A DNA stretch of 64,000 nt, from positions 12,871 to 76,870 of the forward strand of contig CAYQEY010000001.1 of NCBI GenBank assembly GCA_964416635.1, given 5' to 3'. The DNA comes from an uncultured Lachnospiraceae bacterium (GTDB lineage Bacteria > Bacillota > Clostridia > Oscillospirales > CAG-272). Below, one piece after another: positions 47,477 through 58,020 of this stretch (position 1 is its first letter; each line of letters begins with the position of its first letter). The translations under genes were made by a program, and so were the position numbers. Below the pieces are notes generated by a model. It was not told the DNA's origin. It was given only the letters and a program-made list of their open reading frames with translations, and searched no databases.

Positions 47477-48723
47477 TATACCACACCTCCGAGAATTTTT
47501 CCACGTTTATTTTGTGAAAATGCAAATAATGTCGGATTTTTTTTCAAAATATCGAAGTTTATTGAGTCAAGCGGGATCTTTTCGCGAATGAGCGAGGTGT
47601 AAATACCCGCACGTTCGACCTGTCCGATAAGAATAAATCCCGTCAAAAGGTTATCCCTGGTAAAGAGACGTTTGAGATAACTGTCTCCTTTTTCCTCATA
47701 CATCTCACCGCCGTCGCTCTCTGTGAAATAGCTTCCGGCAGTGATCGTGTGCAGACCAAAGAAACCTATGGAGTTCATGGGAATGGCTTTGTCGAAAACT
47801 TCGTTTCCGCCGGCCATATTCACGCCTGCGGTGTGCCCCTGCATATAAGCATTGGGAAGGATCGCGAGTACACGGCGCTCACCGAAAGAAATATCCATGC
47901 CCTCGGTGCAGTCTCCGGCGGCATAAATGTCCGCGACAGATGTCTTCATCCTCTCATCAACAAGTATTCCGCGGTTGACCTCGCCGCCAAGCTCCTTAAC
48001 AAGAGCGGTGTTTGCGCGGACGCCGACAGCCATTACGAGAATATCGAAATCAACGGTCGCACCGCTCTTCATCGCGGCTCTGTTTCCGACAAACTCTGTT
48101 ACGGTATCCGCAAGCATAAACTTTATACCGTTTTCCTCAAGACATGTTTGCATCATTGTTGCACATTCGTCGTCGAGTATGCTGGAAAGTACTCTCGGAG
48201 CGAGGTCACAGACCGTGATGGATGCAACACGGTCGCGGATGCCTTCTGCACATTTAAGTCCTATAAGTCCCGCACCGACGATCAGTACGCGGCTTTGCTT
48301 TTCAAGAGCTTTTTCAAGTGCGAGAGTGTCGTCCAGAGTCATGAAGGAAAACTTATTCTCAACCGTTTCCAACCCTTTTATAGGTGGAACGAAGGGAGAA
48401 GAACCGGTTGCCACGCATACCGAGGTATATGGGAGAGACGTTTGATCGTCCAGAATTACTTTTTTTGATCTGCTGTCAATTTTCGTTGCTTTCTTTCCGT
48501 AAAGGACCTTGCATCCGTTCGCTTCATAAAAGCCTTGATCTCTGTACTCCATTTTACCGAGTGTCGTCTTGCCTTCAAGGTAATAAGAGATAAGAGGACG
48601 GCAGTAAACCGCATGATTCTCTTCCGAAATTACCGTGATCTGAGAAACTTTGTCAATGCTTCTTATACCTTCGATACATCCGACGGCGGCGACACCGTTA
48701 CCGATAACGACGTATTCAGCCAT
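47476..48723 (-). CDS. FAD/NAD(P)-dependent pyridine nucleotide-disulfide oxidoreductase-family protein
   Basis: Two Rossmann motifs (VVIGNGVAAVG, VLIVGAGLIGLKCAE). 1-nt overlaps with both neighbours. Confidence 0.8.
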   Translation of the reverse strand: MAEYVVIGNGVAAVGCIEGIRSIDKVSQITVISEENHAVYCRPLISYYLEGKTTLGKMEYRDQGFYEANGCKVLYGKKATKIDSRSKKVILDDQTSLPYTSVCVATGSSPFVPPIKGLETVENKFSFMTLDDTLALEKALEKQSRVLIVGAGLIGLKCAEGIRDRVASITVCDLAPRVLSSILDDECATMMQTCLEENGIKFMLADTVTEFVGNRAAMKSGATVDFDILVMAVGVRANTALVKELGGEVNRGILVDERMKTSVADIYAAGDCTEGMDISFGERRVLAILPNAYMQGHTAGVNMAGGNEVFDKAIPMNSIGFFGLHTITAGSYFTESDGGEMYEEKGDSYLKRLFTRDNLLTGFILIGQVERAGIYTSLIREKIPLDSINFDILKKNPTLFAFSQNKRGKILGGVV

Positions 48724-49160
48724 TACTCATCACCTCTTTCCTCATAGACGATGGCGTTATTGGGACAGCCCGCTACGCAGGCGGGGGTACCGCAGGAATT
48801 CTGCAGGCAAAGCTCGCACTTTTGCATAACGCCGCTCTCATTTGCCGCAAGCGAGCCATAGGGACAGACCAAAATGCAGGTGTAGCATCCGACGCATTTT
48901 GTTTTGTCGATGCGGATAACTCCGTCAACGTGGGAGATCGCTCCGGCAATACAGCTTTTAACGCAGATAGGATCCTCACAATGGCGGCAGGACACTGCGT
49001 ATGAGATCTTTTCGTCGCCTTCAATATGGATGCGAGGGAATATGGGCTTGCCCTTGAGAGCCTCTGCCATATTTTTTTTGCCCGAATTGGCAAATGCACA
49101 GTTATATTCACAAAGATGGCATCCGAGACACCATTTTTCATTTACATAAACACGTTTCAT
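48723..49160 (-). CDS. Poly-[4Fe-4S] ferredoxin
   Basis: Four Cys clusters: CLGCHLCEYNC, CRHCEDPICVKSC, CVGCYTCILVCP, CELC...CPNNA. Confidence 0.8.
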   Translation of the reverse strand: MKRVYVNEKWCLGCHLCEYNCAFANSGKKNMAEALKGKPIFPRIHIEGDEKISYAVSCRHCEDPICVKSCIAGAISHVDGVIRIDKTKCVGCYTCILVCPYGSLAANESGVMQKCELCLQNSCGTPACVAGCPNNAIVYEERGDE

Positions 49161-49175
49161 AAAATCACCTTCTTA

Positions 49176-50681
49176 TTACTCACCCGCATGGAAAATGCCG
49201 AGTATCTGAAGCTCTTTATCGGTAAGACCCACGCCCCTGAGCATCAAGCGGTTTCCGCGCAGTGCCTCGATGGAATTTATACCCATACCGCCCATCAGTT
49301 CCTTGATCTCATGCTGCCAAGCGCGCATAAGATTTACCAGGCGCTGATATCCGAGGTCGGGATTGAGGCGCTTTACAAGCTCGGGGCGTTGTGTTGCAAT
49401 ACCCCAGTTGCACTTGCCCGTCTGGCATGTACGGCACAGGTGACATCCGAGTGCGAGCAGTGCCGCCGTTGCAATGTAGCAGGCATCGGCACCGAGTGCG
49501 ACAGCTTTTACAACATCGGACGCCGAGCGTATGCTTCCGCCTACCACGAGGGATACGTTATTTCGGATTCCTTCGTCGCGCAGACGCTGGTCGACCGAGG
49601 CGAGCGCAAGCTCTATCGGTATACCGACGTTGTCGCGTATTCTCGTGGGTGCCGCACCCGTACCGCCTCGGAAGCCGTCGATGGCGATGATATCCGCACC
49701 GCTTCGTGCAATTCCGCTTGCAATTGCGGCAATGTTATGCACCGCCGCAACCTTGACTATGACGGGCTTTTTATATTCGGTCGCTTCCTTCAAAGAATAT
49801 ACGAGCTGTCTGAGGTCTTCGATAGAGTATATGTCGTGGTGCGGGGCAGGGGAGATGGCATCAGAGCCTTCGGGGATCATTCGGGTACGCGATACGTCAC
49901 CGACTATCTTAGTGCCCGGCAGATGTCCTCCGATACCGGGCTTTGCACCCTGTCCCATTTTGATCTCAACAGCCGCACCTGCTTTCAGGTACTCCGCGTG
50001 CACGCCGAAACGTCCCGAGGCGACCTGTACGACGGTGTTCTCACCGTAAACGTAGAAATCTTCGTGAAGTCCGCCTTCACCCGTGTTGTAGAGAATACCG
50101 AGCTCACGCGCCGCGCGTGCAAGACTCTCGTGAGCGTTGTAGCTGATGGAGCCGTAACTCATAGCCGAGAACATCATCGGCATTGAGAGCTCCAGCTGAG
50201 GAGGAAGCTTGCAGACAAGCTTTCCGTTCGCATCTCTTTCTATTCTATCCGGCTTTTTGCCGAGAAATACCTTGGTTTCCATCGGCTCGCGGAGCGGGTC
50301 GATCGGCGGGTTTGTAACCTGGGATGCATTGATCAGTATCTTATCCCAGTAAACCGGCAACGGCTTTGGATTGCCCATGGAAGAGAGAAGTACCGCGCCG
50401 CTTCCCGCTTGCTTGTATACTTCATTGATAGTGTCCTGTTGCCAGTTTGCGTTCTCGCGCAGTTGACAGTCGCTCTTTACTATCTTAAGAGCACGTGTGG
50501 GGCAGAGAGAAACGCAACGCTGGCAGTTTACGCACTTCGACTCGTCGCTGAGCATTATTTTGCGTTCCTTGCTATATGAATGTACTTCGTTTGCACATTG
50601 TCGCTCGCATACGCGGCAGGTTATACATCTGTTATCGTTTCTGATAACTTCAAATTCGGGGTATATAAAATTAACAGCCAT
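49176..50681 (-). CDS. Glutamate synthase FMN-binding subunit (GltB domain 2-like) with an N-terminal 2x[4Fe-4S] domain
   Basis: CITCRVCERQC and CVNCQRCVSLCP, then FSAMSYGSIS, GEGG, KPGIGGHLPG, GGTGAAP. Start at MAVNF (50681) gives a TGATG overlap with the upstream gene. Confidence 0.85.
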   Translation of the reverse strand: MAVNFIYPEFEVIRNDNRCITCRVCERQCANEVHSYSKERKIMLSDESKCVNCQRCVSLCPTRALKIVKSDCQLRENANWQQDTINEVYKQAGSGAVLLSSMGNPKPLPVYWDKILINASQVTNPPIDPLREPMETKVFLGKKPDRIERDANGKLVCKLPPQLELSMPMMFSAMSYGSISYNAHESLARAARELGILYNTGEGGLHEDFYVYGENTVVQVASGRFGVHAEYLKAGAAVEIKMGQGAKPGIGGHLPGTKIVGDVSRTRMIPEGSDAISPAPHHDIYSIEDLRQLVYSLKEATEYKKPVIVKVAAVHNIAAIASGIARSGADIIAIDGFRGGTGAAPTRIRDNVGIPIELALASVDQRLRDEGIRNNVSLVVGGSIRSASDVVKAVALGADACYIATAALLALGCHLCRTCQTGKCNWGIATQRPELVKRLNPDLGYQRLVNLMRAWQHEIKELMGGMGINSIEALRGNRLMLRGVGLTDKELQILGIFHAGE

Positions 50682-51775
50682 CAAAAGCAACCTTCCTTTA
50701 CATTTATAATAACGGGCTCACCGCCTGCGGGTGCCCAAATGTTTTCCGCGTTCGGCTCCATTACGCGAATGGCTGCCTCCTCACTCGCAATAAAGACCTT
50801 GTTGCCCTTTTCGCCAACCACCATTGAGCGGAGCTTGAGACGGTCGTTAAGAGCCATCAGACCTCCGTCGTATCCGAGAACGATTGAGAAGGGACCGGTG
50901 ACGAGCAGACTCGGGAAAAGCGTGCGCAGATAAATGTGTTTTTCCTTATCTTCAAGATCCGTCTTGTTTGCGATCGTGCTCCAGAATGGAGCGGCAACTA
51001 CGCTTGCCGCTTCGCCGAGTGTCAGTTTCTGAACGCGAACAAGGTAATCAAATATGTATGTAATTACCTCGGTATCGGTCTGGAGATTGCATTTATAGCC
51101 GAACATTTCGATGAATCTTCTGTTTGCATCGTAAGAGGATATCTCTCCGTTGTGGACGATGGAATAGTCGAGTAAAGTGAAGGGATGCGCACCGCCCCAC
51201 CATCCGGGCGTGTTTGTCGGGTATCTGCCGTGAGCTGTCCACGAATACCCTTCGTATTCATCCAATCTGTAAAACTCGCCGACGTCCTCGGGAAATCCGA
51301 CGGCTTTAAAGGTGCCCATGTTCTTTCCACTCGAGAATACGTATGCGCCGGGCATTTCGGTATTTATCTTCATTACGGTACGAACGACGAATTCTTTTTC
51401 ATCCAGCTGCATCGAGTCAAGAACAGATTTGAGAGGTGAGACGAAATATCTCCATATAATGGGCTCGTCAGTGATCGCGGGGATCTTGCGCGTGGGCATG
51501 ATCTCGGATTTCACTATTTCAAATCTTTCCTTTAAAAATACTTCGCAGTTTTTTCTCGTTGCGCGCTCATCAAAGAAGAAGTGAAGAGCGTACAGATCCT
51601 TGTATTCAGGATAGATACCGTATGCGGCAAATCCGCCGCCAAGACCGTTGGAGCGGTCGTGCATGGGCTTCATAGCTTCAATGATCGGCCTGCCTGACAT
51701 CCTCTCGCCGTCCTTGGCGATAACTGCTGCTATGGCGCACCCCGAGGGGATACGTACTTGACCTTCTTTTAACAT
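50681..51775 (-). CDS. Class-II glutamine amidotransferase subunit (GltB domain 1-like)
   Basis: N-terminal IPSGCAIAAV nucleophile region, HGRYPTN, VHNGEISS. Confidence 0.85.
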   Translation of the reverse strand: MLKEGQVRIPSGCAIAAVIAKDGERMSGRPIIEAMKPMHDRSNGLGGGFAAYGIYPEYKDLYALHFFFDERATRKNCEVFLKERFEIVKSEIMPTRKIPAITDEPIIWRYFVSPLKSVLDSMQLDEKEFVVRTVMKINTEMPGAYVFSSGKNMGTFKAVGFPEDVGEFYRLDEYEGYSWTAHGRYPTNTPGWWGGAHPFTLLDYSIVHNGEISSYDANRRFIEMFGYKCNLQTDTEVITYIFDYLVRVQKLTLGEAASVVAAPFWSTIANKTDLEDKEKHIYLRTLFPSLLVTGPFSIVLGYDGGLMALNDRLKLRSMVVGEKGNKVFIASEEAAIRVMEPNAENIWAPAGGEPVIINVKEGCF

Positions 51776-51798
51776 AGTATTTAACCAATGCCTTTCTT

Positions 51799-51859
51799 AA
51801 ACAAAAAACAAGGCGCTCACTGACATACGGCTCTTGCCGAAGTCTATGAACGCCTTTGC
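51799..51859 (-). terminator. Leader terminator (attenuator) of the split-GOGAT operon carrying the GCAAAGGCGT box
   Basis: On the minus-strand RNA, AAGGCG (51856-51851) pairs with CGCCTT (51815-51810). The stem is extended by TTCA/TGAG, GAC/GTC and CGGC/GCCG pairs and followed by GTTTTTTGTTT. It lies between the promoter and the start codon. Confidence 0.65.
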
Positions 51860-51871
51860 TCATCTGCAAGT

Positions 51872-51900
51872 ATTATAACACGAAACTTGCATATTGTCAA
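51872..51900 (-). promoter_or_regulatory. Promoter of the split-GOGAT / GS / ANTAR operon
   Basis: On the minus strand: TTGACA (51900-51895), 17-nt spacer, TATAAT (51877-51872). Confidence 0.7.
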
Positions 51901-51961
51901 GGCATTTTCGGGAAAAATTTCGAATTTTGCAAGATTTTTAAAAAAATTTTTCAAAAACCTC

Positions 51962-51990
51962 TTGACAAATGGTTTTGCATGGTGTATAAT
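51962..51990 (+). promoter_or_regulatory. Promoter of gdhA
   Basis: TTGACA (51962-51967), 17-nt spacer, TGtATAAT-type extended -10 (TATAAT at 51985-51990). Confidence 0.7.
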
Positions 51991-52002
51991 GTGTCGTGTC
52001 AA

Positions 52003-52063
52003 GGGCAAAGGCGTCTTTGAAGGGTAATACCTGTCAGATTTGTCTTTGCCTTTTATGTTTTTT
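52003..52063 (+). terminator. Leader terminator (attenuator) of gdhA carrying the GCAAAGGCGT box
   Basis: GGCAAAG (52004-52010) pairs with CTTTGCC (52044-52050), followed by TTTTATGTTTTTT. It lies between the -10 and the gdhA RBS. Confidence 0.65.
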
Positions 52064-52080
52064 AACATTGAGGAGGGTAA

Positions 52081-53421
<1,341 letters not shown>

Positions 53422-53450
53422 GCTGAATAATAAAGAGTGAATAAGTAAAA

Positions 53451-53501
53451 GGCAAAGGCGTCTTTCTTGTGTAAAAGCAGGGGAGACGCCTATAATATTT
53501 T
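53451..53501 (+). terminator. Hairpin between gdhA and glnN carrying the third GCAAAGGCGT box
   Basis: GGCGTCT (53457-53463) pairs with AGACGCC (53484-53490), followed by TATAATATTTT. The 15 nt GGCAAAGGCGTCTTT (53451-53465) are identical to 52004-52018. Confidence 0.55.
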
Positions 53502-53530
53502 AAGGACACTTTATAAAGGAGAAATATATT

Positions 53531-55627
53531 ATGGCAACTGTAAAAGAACAATTCGGAAGTCTGGTTTTTGATGACAGAGTTATGAAGGCAAGCCTTGATT
53601 CTAAGGTTTATGCTTCGCTCAAAAAGACCATTGATGAAGGAAAGGAGCTTGATCTTACAGTAGCGAACGCAGTCGCCGCTGCTATGAAGGATTGGGCGGT
53701 TGCACAAGGCGCTACCCACTATACACACTGGTTCCAACCTCTTACGGGCGTAACTGCGGAAAAGCACGATAGCTTTATCACCCCCGCTCCTGACGGCGGC
53801 GTGATCATGGAATTCTCGGGCAAGGAGCTCATAAAGGGCGAACCCGATGCATCCTCTTTCCCCTCGGGCGGACTCAGAGCCACCTTTGAAGCGAGAGGAT
53901 ATACCGCATGGGATCCTACATCCTATGCATTTATAAAGGGCAAAACACTTTGTATTCCCACCGCATTCTGTTCTTATGGCGGTGAGGCGCTTGACAAAAA
54001 GACCCCGTTGCTCCGTTCCATGGAGGCACTCAACGTACAAGCTCTTCGTATTCTTCGCCTCTTCGGTAACGACTCGGTAAAGCGTGTCACCAGCAGTGTA
54101 GGTCCCGAGCAGGAATATTTCTTGGTTGACAGAGAAATGTACAACAAGAGAAAAGATCTCGTATATACGGGACGTACCCTTTTCGGTGCAAAGCCTCCTA
54201 AAGGTCAGGAGATGGACGATCACTATTTCGGAGTTATAAAGCCTCGCGTTGCCGCTTATATGGATGACCTAAACCAAGAGCTTTGGAAGCTCGGTATACT
54301 TGCCAAAACCGAGCATAACGAGGTTGCTCCCGCACAGCACGAGCTGGCACCTATTTATACCACAACAAATATCGCTACCGACCACAACCAGCTTACAATG
54401 GAGATCATGCAAAAGGTCGCATCCAGGCATGGACTTGTTTGTCTGCTTCACGAAAAACCTTTCGCGGGAGTTAACGGTTCGGGCAAGCACAACAACTGGT
54501 CTATAGCGACCGACGCTGGACAAAATCTTCTCTCTCCCGGAGAAACACCCTACGAGAACGCACAATTTCTTCTGTTCCTTTGTGCGGTGATCAAGGCGGT
54601 AGACGATTATCAGGATCTTCTCAGGATTTCGGTTGCCACCGCAGGCAACGATCACCGTCTCGGTGCAAATGAAGCACCTCCCGCTGTAGTTTCCATCTTC
54701 CTTGGCGATGAGCTGAATGCAGTTCTTGAAGCAATCGAGAACGATACACCTTATCAAGGCGCGGCTAAGACCACGATGAAGCTCGGAAGCGACGTTCTTC
54801 CAAAGTTCAACAGAGATACTACAGACCGTAACCGTACATCTCCGTTTGCTTTTACCGGCAACAAGTTCGAGTTCCGTATGCTCGGTTCCTCCAACAGCAT
54901 CGCTTGCGCAAACATTATGCTTAATGCAGCAGTTGCAGAGTCGCTGAAGATATACGCAGACCGTCTTGAGGGTGCAGAGGATTTCGAGAATACACTTCAT
55001 GATATGATCAAGAAGACCATCAAGGATCATAAGAGAATTATCTTTAACGGCAACGGATACGACGATTCCTGGATCAAGGAAGCGACCGAAAAGAGAGGAC
55101 TTTGCAACTATCGGACTACTGCAGATGCTGTACCTCATCTGCTGGACAAGAAAAACATGGATATGCTTACTTCTCACAAGGTATTTACCGAGGCAGAGTT
55201 GAAGTCCCGTTATGAGATCACACTTGAGAACTATTGCAAGACGGTTATCATCGAAGCAAACACTATGGTGGATATGGCGAAGAAGCAGATTCTTCCCGCA
55301 GTAAGCAGCTATTCAAGTGACCTTGCCGAGACGATAAGCAAAAAGCTTGCTCTCGGAAATGACATTCCCTGCAGCTACGAAAAGGGAACCGTAAAGAAGC
55401 TTTCGCTCCTTTGCGATAAGATCGCCGAGGCAACGGAGATCCTTGAAGGAGTACTTGTAAAAGTTAAATCTGCAGAATCGATCGGAGAGGAATCGGTATC
55501 GGTTCGCGATATGCTTCTTCCCGCAATGAGCGAACTTCGTGTCGCTTGCGACGAAGCTGAAACAGCAACTTCGGAGAAGTATTGGCCCTTCCCGACATAT
55601 GGAGACCTGCTTTTCGGAGTAAGATAA
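53531..55627 (+). CDS. glnN: Glutamine synthetase type III
   Basis: 698 aa. GSIII N-terminus (...[23 protein letters not shown]), [24 protein letters not shown]. Confidence 0.9.
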   Translation: MATVKEQFGSLVFDDRVMKASLDSKVYASLKKTIDEGKELDLTVANAVAAAMKDWAVAQGATHYTHWFQPLTGVTAEKHDSFITPAPDGGVIMEFSGKELIKGEPDASSFPSGGLRATFEARGYTAWDPTSYAFIKGKTLCIPTAFCSYGGEALDKKTPLLRSMEALNVQALRILRLFGNDSVKRVTSSVGPEQEYFLVDREMYNKRKDLVYTGRTLFGAKPPKGQEMDDHYFGVIKPRVAAYMDDLNQELWKLGILAKTEHNEVAPAQHELAPIYTTTNIATDHNQLTMEIMQKVASRHGLVCLLHEKPFAGVNGSGKHNNWSIATDAGQNLLSPGETPYENAQFLLFLCAVIKAVDDYQDLLRISVATAGNDHRLGANEAPPAVVSIFLGDELNAVLEAIENDTPYQGAAKTTMKLGSDVLPKFNRDTTDRNRTSPFAFTGNKFEFRMLGSSNSIACANIMLNAAVAESLKIYADRLEGAEDFENTLHDMIKKTIKDHKRIIFNGNGYDDSWIKEATEKRGLCNYRTTADAVPHLLDKKNMDMLTSHKVFTEAELKSRYEITLENYCKTVIIEANTMVDMAKKQILPAVSSYSSDLAETISKKLALGNDIPCSYEKGTVKKLSLLCDKIAEATEILEGVLVKVKSAESIGEESVSVRDMLLPAMSELRVACDEAETATSEKYWPFPTYGDLLFGVR

Positions 55628-55658
55628 ATTAAGTTTGCATTTTAAGGAGGCAATTGAT

Positions 55659-57413
55659 ATGGATGCAACAAGTTTAATGGAATTAGTAACGGAAACCGTG
55701 ACTTCCGAAGTGTTTGGGGTCTGGTTTTTGATCGGCGCCGCTCTGGTGTTCTTTATGCAGGCAGGCTTTGCAATGGTTGAGACCGGCTTTACAAGAGCAA
55801 AAAACGCCGGTAACATCATCATGAAGAACCTCATGGACTTCTGTATCGGAACTGTCGTGTTCGTTCTGCTCGGCTTCAGCCTTATGATGGCAGAAGATTA
55901 TGTCTTCGGCATTATCGGTATTCCCAATATTGATATTTTCAAGAATTTCGGTGAATTTATTACCGAGAACGCATCCAGCTTCGTATTCAACCTTGTGTTC
56001 TGCGCTACCGCGGCAACCATCGTTTCGGGTGCTATGGCTGAGAGAACTAAGTTCTCTACATATTGTATCTATTCCGCAGTTATTTCGCTTGTAATATATC
56101 CTATAGAGGCTGGCTGGGTCTGGAACTCTCAGGGATGGCTTGCTCAGTGGGGCTTCCACGATTTCGCGGGCTCTGCAGCGATCCACTCGGTCGGCGGCAT
56201 TACCGCTCTGATCGGTGCTATCATGCTTGGTCCGAGACTTGGCAAGTACGTCAAGGATAAGACCACCGGTAAGGTAAAGAAAGTTAATGCGATCCCCGGC
56301 CACTCAATCACTCTCGGTGCACTCGGATGCTTTATCCTTTGGTTCGGTTGGTACGGATTCAACGGTGCCGCTGCATGGGACGGAACATCTCTCGCATCCA
56401 TCTTCCTTACGACGACCATAGCTCCCGCTGTGGCAACCGTCACAACTCTGATCTTTACTTGGATAAAGAACGGCAAGCCCGACGTTTCCATGTGTCTTAA
56501 CGCATCTTTGGCAGGTCTTGTGGGTATTACCGCAGGCTGTGATGCACTTGATGCAATCGGCTCGATCGTCGTCGGTGTCGTTTCCGGTATCCTCGTTGTA
56601 GTAGCTGTTGAGTTCCTTGACCTCAAGCTGCATATTGATGACCCTGTCGGCGCCGTTGGCGTTCACCTGTGCAACGGTGTCTGGGGTACACTCGCAGTGG
56701 GACTTCTGGCAAATCCGGAGGCTCCCGCAGGTCTTGAAGGACTGTTTTATACAGGAAGCGCAGTGCTTCTCGCTAAGCAGGCAGTAGGTACTATTGCCAT
56801 TCTTGCATGGACCGCCGTCACGATGACTATTACCTTCCTCATCCTCAAAAAGACGATCGGACTCCGTGTAAGTGCCGAGGAGGAGATCAAGGGACTTGAC
56901 AGTACCGAGCACGGCTTACCCAGCGCATATGCTGATTTTCTTCCCGCGGTTGAGAGCCTTGATTACGGTTTTGAAGATGCAGTTGCAGTTGCGGGCGAAA
57001 TTCCCGTTGCTGAGGCAGTTCCCGTAAAGAAGGTACCTTCTTTTGAAGAAGGAGCAGTTAAGTTTACCAAGGTCGAGATAATCTGCAAAGAGTCGAGACT
57101 TGAATCTTTGAAGAATGCCATGATGGAGATAGGTATCACGGGTATGACCGTATCTCACGTACTTGGTTGCGGTGCTCAGAAGGGCAAGCCCGAGTACTAC
57201 CGTGGCGTTCAGGTCGAGGCAAATCTGTTGCCTAAGGTACAGGTAGATATCGTCGTAAGCAAGGTTCCGGTACGTGATGTGATCGAAACCGCAAAGAAGG
57301 TTCTTTACACGGGACACATCGGAGACGGCAAGATCTTTGTTTACGATGTAGAAAACGTCGTTAAAGTCCGCACGGGCGAGGAAGGCTACGACGCACTTCA
57401 GGATGTAGAATAA
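55659..57413 (+). CDS. Ammonium transporter fused to a C-terminal P-II (GlnK-like) domain
   Basis: Amt core (FAMVETGFTRAKN, DFAGSAAIHSVGG, GVHLCNGVWG), a ~55-aa linker, then P-II from about 57060 (KVEIICK...GITGMTVSHVLGCGAQKGKPEYYRGVQVEANLLPKVQVDIVV...GDGKIFVYDVE). ATG at 55659 follows AAGGAGG. Confidence 0.9.
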   Translation: MDATSLMELVTETVTSEVFGVWFLIGAALVFFMQAGFAMVETGFTRAKNAGNIIMKNLMDFCIGTVVFVLLGFSLMMAEDYVFGIIGIPNIDIFKNFGEFITENASSFVFNLVFCATAATIVSGAMAERTKFSTYCIYSAVISLVIYPIEAGWVWNSQGWLAQWGFHDFAGSAAIHSVGGITALIGAIMLGPRLGKYVKDKTTGKVKKVNAIPGHSITLGALGCFILWFGWYGFNGAAAWDGTSLASIFLTTTIAPAVATVTTLIFTWIKNGKPDVSMCLNASLAGLVGITAGCDALDAIGSIVVGVVSGILVVVAVEFLDLKLHIDDPVGAVGVHLCNGVWGTLAVGLLANPEAPAGLEGLFYTGSAVLLAKQAVGTIAILAWTAVTMTITFLILKKTIGLRVSAEEEIKGLDSTEHGLPSAYADFLPAVESLDYGFEDAVAVAGEIPVAEAVPVKKVPSFEEGAVKFTKVEIICKESRLESLKNAMMEIGITGMTVSHVLGCGAQKGKPEYYRGVQVEANLLPKVQVDIVVSKVPVRDVIETAKKVLYTGHIGDGKIFVYDVENVVKVRTGEEGYDALQDVE

Positions 57414-57434
57414 ACTAAGAAAAGAGGAAAAGAA

Positions 57435-57704
57435 ATGAAATACAAGATCGAATTGACGACCGTTCAAGATGTTCAAGAGTTTTCAAAGATCGCCCAAGGC
57501 ATTGCCGCAGACGTTCGTTTGAGCGGGAAGGACGAGAACGGAGATAAGTGGGAGCTTTCCGCAAAGTCAATGCTTTGCACCTTGCTCCTCGGAGGACATA
57601 TCCAACGCCGCCATCACGCAGAGCAGGATATAGATTGGAACACGATCTATTGCGAATGTGAAAAGGATATATATCCTTTGATACATAAGTTTGTGAAGGA
57701 TTAA
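57435..57704 (+). CDS. Small HPr-fold-like protein lacking the His15 site (tentative)
   Basis: 89 aa. ELSAKSMLCTLLL resembles the HPr (V/I)xAKSIMG(V/L)MSL segment, but there is no GLHARPA region. Recalled similarity only. Confidence 0.35.
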   Translation: MKYKIELTTVQDVQEFSKIAQGIAADVRLSGKDENGDKWELSAKSMLCTLLLGGHIQRRHHAEQDIDWNTIYCECEKDIYPLIHKFVKD

Positions 57705-57756
57705 CGGCAGAAACACATAAAAGCTCCGGCGGCGCATCGCGCGGTCGGACACATAA

Positions 57757-57991
57757 AGCGTTTGAGAAAAGAGAAGTAATACGGATACTCGCCTATAGCG
57801 AGCACGGGACGGTGGAAGCCGTGCGGCGGGCCCGTATGAATAACACTTTTCAAGCTGCAATCTGAAAAAGCATTTGCTTTAGTAGGTGCGCCGTTTGGTC
57901 GTGCGTTAACCGACACAGCCCTGACAGAGGCGAAAATGAAGAAAAAATATAGGTGGCACCGCGAGTACAGCACTTGCCCTATAAAATGCTG
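57757..57991 (+). promoter_or_regulatory. T-box riboswitch leader, Asn specifier (AAC), upstream of asnB
   Basis: Stem I base TTGAgAAAAG (57762-57771) pairs with CTTTTCAA (57846-57853). AGAGAAGTAAT 5' specifier-loop side, distal GGTGGAAGCC. Specifier AAC (57842-57844) plus purine A. T-box AGGTGGCACCGCG (57951-57963). Antiterminator A1 AGG/CCT (57951-53 / 57978-80), 7-nt bulge TGGCACC, A2 GCGAGT/ACTTGC (57961-66 / 57972-77). Confidence 0.8.
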
Positions 57992-58020
57992 AATTTACAT
58001 TGTAAATTGAGGTATACACT

